Below are positions 48,524 through 58,698 of a DNA stretch of 64,000 nt, piece by piece (within the stretch, counting starts at the first letter, position 1; each line of letters starts with the position of its first letter). The stretch is from NCBI GenBank assembly GCA_965204745.1, contig OZ242010.1, forward strand, positions 1,280,001 through 1,344,000, given 5' to 3'. Source of the DNA: Candidatus Latescibacterota bacterium (GTDB taxonomy: Bacteria > Latescibacterota > UBA2968). The notes under the pieces are model-generated. The model was not told where the DNA came from. It was given only the letters and a program-made list of their open reading frames with translations, and did no database searches. Made by a program: the position numbers and the translations under genes.

Positions 48524-49682
48524 AGCTGCGTTTTGAGAACTCGGGCAAGCGCGTTTGGGGATCGATGCGGAGGGCGCGTTCGCCATTTAAGAGCGCGATC
48601 AAATCCGCGCCCACAAATTCGTATCGCCAACCGGTGTGCAATGGATGCGCGGTTTCGCTTTTTGACTCGTAAACGAGCGCTTTCACGTCTGCACGCGATG
48701 CCACCATTGCGATGTCGATTCCCCGCGACAAACACCGACCGCGCAAAAATGCCAGGGCGAGATCGAGCCGCGCTTCGTCCACCGGATTGGGCGGTGTAGG
48801 CCGCGCGATAGGCGGGTGATTTTGGATGTCTATCGCGCGCCGCACGATCTCCAAAAGGATTCTGCCGTGGTACTTTGCGGTCGATCTCCCAATGCCCCGC
48901 AATTTTTTTAATGCCTGAATCGATTGGGGCTTGCGCTTGGCGATTTGCACGATCACCTCATCCCTCAGCACGCGGTTTTTGGGGCGGTCGATCTGGCGCG
49001 CTTTTTGTTCTCGCCATGTCGCCAGATCGCGCACGATGCCCATCTCGCGCCTCGAAAGCCGGCTCGCGCCTTTTACGCGCAGATACTGCTCTTCGGGCAC
49101 GCGGTCGTCATACAAGTTGGCACAATCGTATTGTCGGAGTTCGTCCGCCAAATAGGTTTCCCGACCGCGTTGCCGAATTTCGGCGAGGAGGTGGTCGCGT
49201 AGCGCGGGCAAGAATCGCACGTCATCCGCAGCATAAGCGCGCTGTTTTTCGGATAGGGGGCGTCTCAACCAGTCCGTGCGCGTCTCGGTTTTGGTCAACT
49301 GAATATCGAGACAGAGCCGCAACGAGTTGTTCAGGGACAGGGTCGATCCCATACCCACAAACCCCGCGGCGCGGCGCGTGTCGAAGACGTTGCGGGGCAC
49401 AGCGCCTGTTGCCCGTCTTAAAATCCAGAGGTCTTGCTGTGCGTCGTGCAGAATTTTCACCGTGCCGCAATCGGCTAGCAACGCGCCCAACGGAGACAGA
49501 TCGGGCAATGCGACCGCATCGATCAAGTGGCTATCGTCCGCGGCAAATCCCACTTGCACGATGCCCAACTGCGGGTAATAGGTTTGCTCCCAAACAAATT
49601 CCGTGTCGATGCCCACACAGGGCGCGTCCAAGGCGCAGTTGACCAGGGCGTTCAGCGCGGCGGGCGTATCGATCATCGCCAT
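48480..49682 (-). CDS. rnd: Ribonuclease D (3'-5' exonuclease plus HRDC)
   Basis: IDTEF...TYYPQL, KILHDAQQDL, FDT, DW.RRPLS..Q..YAADDV, WRE..AR..DRP. Confidence 0.92.
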   Translation of the reverse strand: MAMIDTPAALNALVNCALDAPCVGIDTEFVWEQTYYPQLGIVQVGFAADDSHLIDAVALPDLSPLGALLADCGTVKILHDAQQDLWILRRATGAVPRNVFDTRRAAGFVGMGSTLSLNNSLRLCLDIQLTKTETRTDWLRRPLSEKQRAYAADDVRFLPALRDHLLAEIRQRGRETYLADELRQYDCANLYDDRVPEEQYLRVKGASRLSRREMGIVRDLATWREQKARQIDRPKNRVLRDEVIVQIAKRKPQSIQALKKLRGIGRSTAKYHGRILLEIVRRAIDIQNHPPIARPTPPNPVDEARLDLALAFLRGRCLSRGIDIAMVASRADVKALVYESKSETAHPLHTGWRYEFVGADLIALLNGERALRIDPQTRLPEFSKRSFTTRERNGPLPGKR

Positions 49683-49814
49683 AAAAAACCTTTCTGTTTG
49701 ATTTCGGGTTGTCCGTGTCCTAACTTCCATCTGGTATCGGCTGGGACTTCAGAACTTATGGCATCCCACATCGAAAATCAAGCATCGAAGTTTCCCACAT
49801 TTCAAGGAGGAATC

Positions 49815-50708
49815 ATGAACTATCGACAACTCGGCAAAAACGGCCCGGAGGTGCCGGTCATCGGCTTGGGCGCGTGGCCCATTGGCGGCGGGATGGGCGA
49901 CTTGGACGAGAGCACTTGCATCGCCACTGTGCGCACGGCTATCGACAGCGGCATTACCCTGCTCGACACGGCCCAAGCCTATCGCACGAGCGAAGCCACA
50001 TTGGGCAGGGCACTCAAAGACGGCTATCGCGAGCGGTGCTTTCTCGCCACAAAAGTCAGCCGCCACTATTCGCGCAAAGCCATTGACCGCGCCATTGAAA
50101 ACAGCTTGCGCGCACTCGATGTCGATTGCGTTGACCTGTATCAGATTCACAGTTGGAACGCGCAATATCCCATTGCGGAGAGCATGGAAGCGATGGCGCG
50201 GTTGCAAGAACAGGGCAAAACGCGCTTTATCGGGGTGTCCAATTTCAATGCTGTGCAACTGCAACAGGCGTACGACATTGCCCCGTTTCACGCTAACCAG
50301 CCGCGCTACAACATGTTTGACCGCGCCATCGAAGCCGAAGACTTGGGCTTTTGCAACCGCACGGGCATTGGCATCTTGGCCCACAGCCCTTTGGGCAAAG
50401 GCTTGCTCACGGGCAAATACGCGCCCGACCACGTCTTTGCCCCAGGCGATGAACGGGCGCGTTCCCCTCGGTTCCAAGGCGACCTCTTCGCGCAGTATCT
50501 CGCCATGGCAGACCGGTTGCAGGCTGTCGCCGCAGACAAAAATATCACGCTGGTGCAACTCGCCATCGCTTGGCTTTTGCGCCGCGAAGAAGTGACGTGC
50601 GTGCTCGTCGGCGCGAAAAATCCCGACCAAGTCGAGGAACACGTCGGCGCGGCAGACGTCGCATTCTCGGACAGGGAATTGGAACGGATCGAGGATATTT
50701 TGCGATAG
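49815..50708 (+). CDS. Aldo/keto reductase
   Basis: IGLGAW, DTAQAY, ATK, DLYQIH, IGVSNF, SPLGKGLLTGKY. Confidence 0.92.
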   Translation: MNYRQLGKNGPEVPVIGLGAWPIGGGMGDLDESTCIATVRTAIDSGITLLDTAQAYRTSEATLGRALKDGYRERCFLATKVSRHYSRKAIDRAIENSLRALDVDCVDLYQIHSWNAQYPIAESMEAMARLQEQGKTRFIGVSNFNAVQLQQAYDIAPFHANQPRYNMFDRAIEAEDLGFCNRTGIGILAHSPLGKGLLTGKYAPDHVFAPGDERARSPRFQGDLFAQYLAMADRLQAVAADKNITLVQLAIAWLLRREEVTCVLVGAKNPDQVEEHVGAADVAFSDRELERIEDILR

Positions 50709-50901
50709 GCGGAAAGCAAGGTGCGTGCCTCGCCGCCCTACCGCAAGCCCTATCCCCAAGTAAGAGGCAAGAAGTAAGAGGCGAGAGCCACCCACCGCCC
50801 TACCGCCGCTTCGTCCTTCCCATCCGCTACATCCTTCGGTAGGGACAGGCCCCCGTGCCTGTCCCTAGTTAACCAGCAGATTCGCCGACAGGAGATCGCC
50901 C

Positions 50902-52380
50902 ATGATCCTCAGCATCGATCAGGGAACGACCGGAACCACCGCATTGGTTTTGGATTCACAGGGAAAAATTTTGGGCAGGGGATACGCGGAATTTCGACAG
51001 ATTTTTCCCCGCCCCGGGTGGGTGTCGCACGATGCGATAGAGATATGGGACACGGCGTTGAACGTCATCGGCCGGGCTATCGCCGATGCCGGGATAGACG
51101 CGACGGACATCCAGGGCATCGGCATTGCGAATCAGCGCGAGACAACGGTGATGTGGTATCGCAAAACCGGCATCCCCGTTCACGACGCCATCGTTTGGCA
51201 GTGCAGGCGCACCGCGGATTTGTGTGCCCAGTACCGCGCAACTGGACTCGAAGACGTGGTGCGAGAGAAAACCGGATTGGTCATTGACGCCTATTTTTCC
51301 GCGAGCAAAATCGCGTGGTTGCTCGAGCAGGTGGATGGCTTGCGTGCGCGTGCGGACCGGGGCGAGGTGTGTTTTGGCACGGTGGACAGTTTTTTGTTGT
51401 ACAAACTCACGGGTGGGGCCGTCCACGCCACGGACTATACCAACGCGTCGCGCACGATGATTTACGATATCCACGCCAAAGAATGGGATGCCGAATTATT
51501 GCGTCTCTTCGACATCCCCGCGGCGATCCTCCCCGAGGCGCGCCCGTCGTCTGGCGTATTTGGAAGCACAGTGGATTTGGGCGTCTTGCCCGCGGGCATT
51601 CCCATTGGCGGCATGGCGGGCGATCAACAAGCCGCGCTCTTTGGGCATCGCGGCGTTCGCACAGGCGATCTCAAAAACACCTACGGCACGGGTTGTTTCA
51701 TGCTCTTTCAAACCGGGAATACGCCCGTGCCCTCGTCGCATGGCCTGTTGACGACGCTCGCGTGCGACCCGTGCGGGGGCGTGTGCTATGCCCTTGAAGG
51801 CGCGGTATTCAGCGCGGGGTCAGCGGTTCAGTGGTTGCGCGATGGCCTTGGGATGATCAAAACCGCGGCTGAAACCGAGGCGATGGCGCGTTCCATTGAC
51901 GATACCGGCGGCGTGTATTTCGTCCCGGCATTTACGGGCCTGGGCGCGCCGCATTGGAACGCGGATGCTCGCGGCACAATCGCGGGGATCACGCGCGGTA
52001 CCCAACGCGCCCATCTCGCACGCGCAGCCTTGGAGGCCATTGCCTATCAATCCGCGGACCTCGCGGTTGCGATGGTCGCCGATGCCGCGCAACCCATCGC
52101 GGGTCTAAGCGTGGATGGCGGCGCGGTGGCGAATGATTTTTTGATGCAATTTCAAGCGGATATTTTGAACGTGCCGGTGATGCGCCCGCAATGCGTGGAG
52201 ACCACCGCCTTGGGCGCGGGCATGCTGGCCGGACTGGCAATAGGCGTGTGGACGGATTCGGACGCGCTCGTCGATATCAACGCGCCACAGCGGATTTTTG
52301 AACCCGAGATGTCCCGCGACCGACGAGACGCCTTGCTGGCGGGTTGGCACAAGGCGGTTGAGCAGACCTCGTTGACATGA
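50902..52380 (+). CDS. glpK: Glycerol kinase
   Basis: DQGTTGT, NQRETT, VWQCRRT, YFSASK, TNASRT, GDQQAALFG, KNTYGTGCF, DGG..NDFLMQFQAD. Confidence 0.96.
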   Translation: MILSIDQGTTGTTALVLDSQGKILGRGYAEFRQIFPRPGWVSHDAIEIWDTALNVIGRAIADAGIDATDIQGIGIANQRETTVMWYRKTGIPVHDAIVWQCRRTADLCAQYRATGLEDVVREKTGLVIDAYFSASKIAWLLEQVDGLRARADRGEVCFGTVDSFLLYKLTGGAVHATDYTNASRTMIYDIHAKEWDAELLRLFDIPAAILPEARPSSGVFGSTVDLGVLPAGIPIGGMAGDQQAALFGHRGVRTGDLKNTYGTGCFMLFQTGNTPVPSSHGLLTTLACDPCGGVCYALEGAVFSAGSAVQWLRDGLGMIKTAAETEAMARSIDDTGGVYFVPAFTGLGAPHWNADARGTIAGITRGTQRAHLARAALEAIAYQSADLAVAMVADAAQPIAGLSVDGGAVANDFLMQFQADILNVPVMRPQCVETTALGAGMLAGLAIGVWTDSDALVDINAPQRIFEPEMSRDRRDALLAGWHKAVEQTSLT

Positions 52381-52401
52381 TCTCTTGATTCCGCGTATAT
52401 T
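52372..52401 (+). promoter_or_regulatory. Sigma70-like promoter
   Basis: TTGACA-N18-TATATT upstream of the DUF1992-like gene. Confidence 0.5.
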
Positions 52402-52442
52402 CACCGCAGATGATCCATTCGCCAAGTGCTCGGAGAAATGCC

Positions 52443-52652
52443 ATGGGCAAAACGATCAGCCGCACGCCGGATGGGAAGTTGGAAAGGCGCACGCCCGATG
52501 AACTGTTGCGCGATGCTGTGGCAGGTGATATGGACTTGCCCGGCAAGGGCAAAGCGCTCGACTTAAAGGCGTATTTCCAACCCGACGCGGAACACCGCAT
52601 GGCGGGCAAAATTATGCGCGACAACAACGTGCTTCCCCCGCAACTTGGTTGA
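52443..52652 (+). pseudogene. DUF1992 (DnaJC28 domain)-like gene truncated by an IS5 remnant
   Basis: LPGKGKALDL....EHRMAGKIMRDNNVLPP stops exactly where transposase-derived sequence starts. Confidence 0.6.
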
Positions 52653-53014
52653 GCGGTTTATCGAGAAAATCAAGCCCTATCGCAGAATATGCTCTCGGTT
52701 TGAGAAACTGAAACAGTCGCGCCTTATCGGGACCTACCCCCCTAACCCCCCTTCCTGTGAGGAAGGGGGGAACGGTGAGCGGTTTTGCGAGGGGATTGAT
52801 GAGGGATATTTAATCGCTTTATGCCCTCGCGCAACGCCATCAAAGAAACTTTACTCCCCTTTCCTCGTAGGAAAGGGGCCGGGGGATAGGTCCCCTCGCG
52901 CAACGCCATCAGAGCAATCAGACCGAGAAGCCATCAGAGGAAACGCCTTAAATGAGCAAGCAACACAGTTGCTACTCTGTGCGTAACGTCAAAAAATAAA
53001 ACGTCAACACGACC
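52645..53014 (+). mobile_element. IS427-like right-end remnant with nested palindromes
   Basis: VERFIEKIKPYRRICSRFEKL; end ...CGTCAACACGACC-TA; much of it is the reverse complement of parts of 44434-45020. Confidence 0.8.
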
Positions 53015-53085
53015 TACTGACCGTAGCCTTGGGAACAACTACATCTCATTTTTCGTCAAAAGCCAACCACAACGAGGAGGACGTT

Positions 53086-56000
53086 ATGAAACTCAGCGAA
53101 TTTGCCATTCACAAGCCGATTAGCACCATTATGATCGCGATCAGTATCGTGGTGATGGGGTTTATTTCCCTGTTCAGGTTGCCGCTCGAATACCTGCCCA
53201 GTCTGACATTCCCGCGCATTTTTGTGTCGGTCAATTATCCCTCGTCTTCGCCGGAGGAAATCGAGCGGTTCATCACGCGGCCCATCGAGGAGATTCTCGG
53301 CACGATGTCCGGTATCGAAGGCATCAGTTCCTCGTCGAGCGGTTCTAGCGCGCGCATTGGGATGGAATTTGCGATGGACGCGGACATGGACCTCGTCGGC
53401 GTCCACATCCGCGACCGCTTGGATCAAGTGCGTGCGGACCTGCCCGAGGATGTGGACCGCATCGACATTCGCAGCTTTGACACCGAAGACTTTCCGGTGC
53501 TCGAATACTCCCTCACCTGGCTCGGGGAAAACGAACAAGAACTCGTCAATCTGTACAACCAGACGATCCTGCCCAGATTGCAACGTCTCGATGGCGTGGC
53601 GAGTGTGGTACTCGAGGGCTTGCGGGAAAAAGACCTGCTCGTGGAAGTCGATCAAAAAGCCCTGACCGCGTACAAACTCGACTTTCGCACCATCAATCGC
53701 GCCCTGAACAGCAACAACATCAACATCTCGGCGGGTTATGTCACCGAAGGCGGCAAACGCCTCGCGATTCGCAGCATGGGCGAGTTTGAAACCATCGATC
53801 AAATTCGGGAATTGCCCATTCGCCCCAACCTCACCTTGGGCGATATCGCCAACGTCACGTACGATTATCCCGAATCCCGCAGATTTGAACGCCTCGACGG
53901 CCGCGCCGCGCTGACCCTCGAAGTGCAGAAAGCCTCCACCGCCAACATGGTTGACGTGTGCAAACTCGCACGCACAGAACTCGAGACCATCCGCGATGAA
54001 GTCGGCAAAGACAAACTCCGCATGCACTTGGTGCGCGACCGGTCCATCGACGTGACGAACAGCATCGCCAGCCTCAGCCAGTCCGCGATCTTGGGGGGCC
54101 TGTTGGCCGTTGTTGCGATTTTCATTTTTCTCCGCAACTTCCGCAGCACGCTCATCATCGGCTCGGCCATTCCCATCAGCGTGCTCACCGTGTTTTTGAT
54201 CATGTACCTCATGCGGCAATTCGGGTCGAACATCACCCTCAATCTGATTTCCATGATGGGCTTGATGGTCGCCATCGGCATGCTGGTCGATCCCGCTGTC
54301 GTGGCCCTGGAAAATATCTTTCGCAAGCGATTTGACGAAGGCCAAGGCGCCACGCGGGCCGCACTCGAAGGCAGCGATGAAATCGGCCTGCCCGTGCTCG
54401 CCGCGTCGCTGACGACCATCTGCGTCTTCGTCCCGGTCATTTTCGTGACGGATTCGCGCACCTCGCTTTTCATGCGCGACTTTGCCGTGACGGTCATCAT
54501 CTCGGTCATCGCCTCGTTTTGCATCGCGCTCTCGCTCATCCCCTTGGCCGCGTCTCGCGCCTTCAACGCGGGCGGGCGCACGGTCGACCGCGTGCTCAAA
54601 GGCATCGTCGGCCTCGTAGGCGCGCTCGGGGTGGCTGTTTTTGCGTATTACACGGATTTTAGCAAAGTCGATTTTGCGGGCATGTGGGCAAATTTTGAGA
54701 ACACCATCCGCGCCTTGCCGGCATTTGCCAAAGTCGGTTTTCCCGGCATCGTCGCGCTGATCGTCTTTCTCGTGGTGCGATACCGCGCCATCGGCCCCAA
54801 AGCCCTGTACGCCAAGTGGGTCTCGGCCACCTTGCACTACCGCTGGGCCACGCTCTCTGCCGCGTGCGTGCTTCTGTTTGTGGGCAATCACATCTACGGC
54901 AAGGTGGAGCAACAGCCCTTCCGGTACCAACCCTCGCGGGCCGTGCGCCTCACGGTGGAGATGCCCCGTAGCTACGATGTGGATAAAGCGCGCGAGATTT
55001 TTGAGATCGCGGAAAACATTTTGATCGCGCGCAAAGACGAACTCGACATCGAGGCTATCGGTAGCCGATACAGCGGGCGGCGCGGCACGCGCTTGACCTT
55101 GTACCTCACGCCGGCAGACGAGGGCAAACTGACCACCGATGAGGTTCAGCGCAGGGTGATGGCCCTGTTGCCCAAAGACATTCCCGGGGTGCGCTTCAAA
55201 TCCGGCGGTGGGCGCGGCAGTTCGGCGGTGGGCGCGGGCGTGCAACTCAAGGGCCGCAACCAAGAAACGCTGGCGATTTTGGCCGAAGACATCGAGACCG
55301 GCATGCAGGACATGCCCGGCGTCCACGAAATCCAGACCAGCCTCGAGAGCGGCACCGAGGAAATCCGCGTGACCGTCAACCGGGAGCGCGCACAGCGATA
55401 CGGCCTTTCCCCACGCGACATCGCCACGACCATTGCCTCGGCCTTGGGGTCGCGCGGCGGGTCGAACTTCAAGACCCCGGATGGGGAGATCGACATCACC
55501 GTGCTCTTGCGCGAAGAAGACCGCGCCACCCTCGAGCAACTCAAAACGACGGAATTTGAGAGCGACAATGGCGGGATGGTCGCGTTCTCGAGCTTGGCGA
55601 ATTTCGACCTGACCACGGGCCGCAACACGATCCAGCGCGAAGACCGCATGTCAACTGTGACGGTGTTCGCCAACACGGACCAGCAAGCGGTGTTTCGCGT
55701 GGGGCAGATCATGAAAGCGCGCATGGAGGGCGTGCCCTTGCCCAAGGGCTATTCCTACGAAATGGACCGCCGGTTCCGGTCGATGAATGCGGAACAGGCG
55801 CAGGACTACGAGACCCTGATCTTCGCGCTGATCCTCATCTACATCATCATGGCGTCGCTCTTTGAATCCTACGTGCATCCGCTGACCATCATGTTCTGCA
55901 TCTTCTTTGCGTTCATCGGCGTGGCCTTGGGCCTCTACACGTTCAAAATCGCGATGGACAGCAATGCCAAGTACGGGCTTTTGGTGTTGTTTGGGATTGT

Positions 56001-56340
56001 GGTGAACAACGGGATCGTCTTGGTGGATCACATCAACCGGTACCGCAAACAGGGGCTCGTGCGCCGGGATGCGATTATTCGCGGGGGTCAGGACCGCCTG
56101 CGTCCGATTATGATGACCGCCACGACCACGATCATCGGCCTGATGCCGCTCGTCGTCCCCATGCTCTTTGGCAATGCCGAAGGCACGTCTCGGCGCTGGG
56201 GGCCCATTGGCTTGGTGGTGATTTCCGGGCTGTCCATCTCCACGGTTTTGACCCTCGTGCTCTTGCCCACGGTGTATTCGCTGATGGACGATTTGTCGCA
56301 CTTTGCCAAGCGCGTCACCGCTGTTGCGCGTGCGCGGTGA
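53086..56340 (+). CDS. RND efflux permease (AcrB/MdtBC family)
   Basis: SPEEIERFITRPIEE, AIPIS, IGMLVD.AVVALENI, GIVVNNGIVLVD, RLRPIMMT; GAGGAGG RBS. Confidence 0.93.
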   Translation: MKLSEFAIHKPISTIMIAISIVVMGFISLFRLPLEYLPSLTFPRIFVSVNYPSSSPEEIERFITRPIEEILGTMSGIEGISSSSSGSSARIGMEFAMDADMDLVGVHIRDRLDQVRADLPEDVDRIDIRSFDTEDFPVLEYSLTWLGENEQELVNLYNQTILPRLQRLDGVASVVLEGLREKDLLVEVDQKALTAYKLDFRTINRALNSNNINISAGYVTEGGKRLAIRSMGEFETIDQIRELPIRPNLTLGDIANVTYDYPESRRFERLDGRAALTLEVQKASTANMVDVCKLARTELETIRDEVGKDKLRMHLVRDRSIDVTNSIASLSQSAILGGLLAVVAIFIFLRNFRSTLIIGSAIPISVLTVFLIMYLMRQFGSNITLNLISMMGLMVAIGMLVDPAVVALENIFRKRFDEGQGATRAALEGSDEIGLPVLAASLTTICVFVPVIFVTDSRTSLFMRDFAVTVIISVIASFCIALSLIPLAASRAFNAGGRTVDRVLKGIVGLVGALGVAVFAYYTDFSKVDFAGMWANFENTIRALPAFAKVGFPGIVALIVFLVVRYRAIGPKALYAKWVSATLHYRWATLSAACVLLFVGNHIYGKVEQQPFRYQPSRAVRLTVEMPRSYDVDKAREIFEIAENILIARKDELDIEAIGSRYSGRRGTRLTLYLTPADEGKLTTDEVQRRVMALLPKDIPGVRFKSGGGRGSSAVGAGVQLKGRNQETLAILAEDIETGMQDMPGVHEIQTSLESGTEEIRVTVNRERAQRYGLSPRDIATTIASALGSRGGSNFKTPDGEIDITVLLREEDRATLEQLKTTEFESDNGGMVAFSSLANFDLTTGRNTIQREDRMSTVTVFANTDQQAVFRVGQIMKARMEGVPLPKGYSYEMDRRFRSMNAEQAQDYETLIFALILIYIIMASLFESYVHPLTIMFCIFFAFIGVALGLYTFKIAMDSNAKYGLLVLFGIVVNNGIVLVDHINRYRKQGLVRRDAIIRGGQDRLRPIMMTATTTIIGLMPLVVPMLFGNAEGTSRRWGPIGLVVISGLSISTVLTLVLLPTVYSLMDDLSHFAKRVTAVARAR

Positions 56341-56348
56341 TGCAACCC

Positions 56349-56377
56349 TTGACAATTTCCGAAAAAGATACTACAAT
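56349..56377 (+). promoter_or_regulatory. Near-consensus sigma70 promoter
   Basis: TTGACA-N17-TACAAT. Confidence 0.75.
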
Positions 56378-56422
56378 CGCATATCGTTCATCCAACCCCA
56401 CCCACACAAGGAGATGTCGTCT

Positions 56423-57058
56423 ATGATTCCCTATTTGGAGTTAGGTCTCGGGCTGCTCGTCGTGTTGCTGTTCATTTTTAATGTCTGCCAGTTTCTCCAG
56501 CGGCGGGCCGCTTTGCACATCGCCGAAGTGCTCTACGTGATGACCCGGCATGTGCGCGAAAAGATCGCCGAAGCCAATGCCGAACCCAAAGACATTGAAA
56601 TCGTGGAAGCCCATCTGTTTTCGATGATCACATCCGCCCGCAGCCTGTTGCGGACCTTGGGCCGCAAGTTGCGCCCAGACCCGGCATTGGATTTGACCGG
56701 CAACGCGCCCAAAATGGACGATGAAAGCCTCGTCCGCCTCGCCGACAATATCCTCTTTTCGGTCAAAGAAGATGCGAAAGATGTCAGTTGGAATGAGGTT
56801 GTCGATAACGCGCTCGACAAATTCCATCAAAGAACGCCGGAACTCGACCGCGAAGGCGCGAAGAAAATCATGACCGTCGTCGCCAAACAACACGAGCCGG
56901 ACAACTCGTACACCTTGCGCGAAGAACCCGCCCGAGAAGAACCGACCATCAAAGCATCCGCAGAACCCGTGCAAGGCTCAAAAAGCAAAACCGCAGAGGA
57001 TAACCGCCGTGAATCCAGAAGCGAGCCCATTCAGACCGGGGCAGCCAGTGCCGATTGA
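56423..57058 (+). CDS. Hypothetical membrane-anchored protein
   Basis: N-terminal TM helix, helical body, charged tail; AAGGAG RBS. Confidence 0.65.
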   Translation: MIPYLELGLGLLVVLLFIFNVCQFLQRRAALHIAEVLYVMTRHVREKIAEANAEPKDIEIVEAHLFSMITSARSLLRTLGRKLRPDPALDLTGNAPKMDDESLVRLADNILFSVKEDAKDVSWNEVVDNALDKFHQRTPELDREGAKKIMTVVAKQHEPDNSYTLREEPAREEPTIKASAEPVQGSKSKTAEDNRRESRSEPIQTGAASAD

Positions 57059-58223
57059 GTTTTTTGTCGGACGCATCAAAGAGATCGACCGCGTGCGCGG
57101 CATGGCAAAAGCGGCCGCGCAGGGCAGATTCAAAATTGGATTCATCAGCGGAGAGCGGGGCATTGGCAAGAGCTCTTTGGCCTATTTCGCACGCCGCCTT
57201 TCGGCCCGCGAGTGCAATACCGCAGGTTGCCACGTTTTTCTCGGCGGCGTCCAAGCCTTGAACGAGATGGTGCGAAAGACATTTGATCACCTGATCAAAG
57301 AGAGCGTCGACCAGCCGTGGCACCAGCAAGTCAGGGGATTCTTTGGCGATCACATCCGCAAAGTGGGCTTGTTTGGCTTTTCGCTCGAGTTGGATCTCAA
57401 AGAGCGCGATTTATCCATCCTGACCCAAAATTTTGTTCCGTCCATGAGAAATTTTTTGGACGAACTCAAGGGTCAAAAGGACGCGCTCTTTTTGGTTTTG
57501 GATGATATCAACGGGCTTGCGACCTCCGAAGAATTTGCCAACTGGCTCAAAAGCACGGTGGATGAAATCGCCACATCCGACCGAGAAATGCCGCTTTGCA
57601 TGCTCGTCGTTGGGCTTGAAGAGCGACGCCGAGAACTGGTAGAGAGACAACCCTCACTCGCCCGGGTTTTTGAACTGATCGATATCGCCCCATGGTCAGA
57701 CGAGGAAGCCGCAGAGTTTTACCGACGCACGTTCCAATCCGCACGCGCAAAAATAGAACCGGCGGAACTCAATACCCTCGTTCAGTTCACGGGTGGCTTG
57801 CCGGTTTTGGCGCACGAGATCGGCGATGCAGTGTGGCGAACCGCCAAAACCTTGGAAATCAATGCGCGGGAAATTTCCCGAGGCATCGTCAACGCGGCCG
57901 AGGTCATCGGTCACAAATTGTTGGAACCGCAAATTTTCAGCGCGATTCGCAGTGAAAGGTACCGATCAATTTTCCAGAAAATGGCGGATAAGCCCCAAAT
58001 GCGTTTTCGGAGATCGGAACTCGCGGCGCGTCTGACGACCGAAGAGGGAAAAGTGATGGACAATTTCCTCAGACGCATGCGAAACCTGGGCGCCATCGAG
58101 ACAGACGCCGATGTGCGCGGGGGGTACAAATTTCCCAATCACCTCCACGCCCTCTATTTTTGTTTGGAAGCGAAACGCGCAAAATCAAATAGACGCACAG
58201 GCGTAGCCCACAACGCAATGTAG
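57009..58223 (+). CDS. AAA+ (AAA_16/STAND-like) ATPase with probable C-terminal winged helix
   Basis: SPFRPG.PV...FVGR..EI, Walker A GERGIGKSS, Walker B LVLDD, TGGLP. Confidence 0.82.
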   Translation: MNPEASPFRPGQPVPIEFFVGRIKEIDRVRGMAKAAAQGRFKIGFISGERGIGKSSLAYFARRLSARECNTAGCHVFLGGVQALNEMVRKTFDHLIKESVDQPWHQQVRGFFGDHIRKVGLFGFSLELDLKERDLSILTQNFVPSMRNFLDELKGQKDALFLVLDDINGLATSEEFANWLKSTVDEIATSDREMPLCMLVVGLEERRRELVERQPSLARVFELIDIAPWSDEEAAEFYRRTFQSARAKIEPAELNTLVQFTGGLPVLAHEIGDAVWRTAKTLEINAREISRGIVNAAEVIGHKLLEPQIFSAIRSERYRSIFQKMADKPQMRFRRSELAARLTTEEGKVMDNFLRRMRNLGAIETDADVRGGYKFPNHLHALYFCLEAKRAKSNRRTGVAHNAM

Positions 58224-58323
58224 CGAGTAATTTCGTCCAACGCGCCAAACCAGTTGTCAGTTGTCAGTTGTCAGTTGTCAGTTGTCAGTCCCCGCCCAAC
58301 ACACCCAAAACCGAGGAGCAACT

Positions 58324-58698
58324 GTGGCATTTACCATTACCAAAACCATCCGTCCCAATGCCGTGTGGCAAGAGATGTATCTCCAGGTGCAAAAAGATCA
58401 GCGCGTGATCATCAGCGCGGAGGGCCTCTGGTCGCCCGAGATGCGCCCGCTGACAATCGTCTGGTGCGGGCCCGATGGCATTGAAGGCCGTCCCGCGGGC
58501 GAGCGATATCTTTTGCCCGGCACCAATGTCGGCGCGTTGGTCGGGCGCATTGCCGGTAGCCCGATCCTCGCGGTGGGCAATTACTTCGATTTTTATTCGC
58601 CCTACGAAGGCCCGCTGTTTCTCGCGATGAACGAAAATCCCGACTACCACGGTCAGGCCGGTTCCGTCCACGCGCAAATCATCTTGTTCGACCTGTGA
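58324..58698 (+). CDS. LecA/PA-IL-like lectin-fold protein
   Basis: WQ...V...Q.V.I.A.G.W, GPDG, GALVGRI, G.L.L.MN pattern; GTG start with GAGGAG RBS. Confidence 0.6.
   Translation: MAFTITKTIRPNAVWQEMYLQVQKDQRVIISAEGLWSPEMRPLTIVWCGPDGIEGRPAGERYLLPGTNVGALVGRIAGSPILAVGNYFDFYSPYEGPLFLAMNENPDYHGQAGSVHAQIILFDL

Noticed and set aside
46562-48586. Long antisense ORFs (also 53056-55539, 7797-8963, 17286-18230, 27317-28330)
   Set aside because: Shadow frames of well-supported genes in GC-rich DNA, with no motifs.
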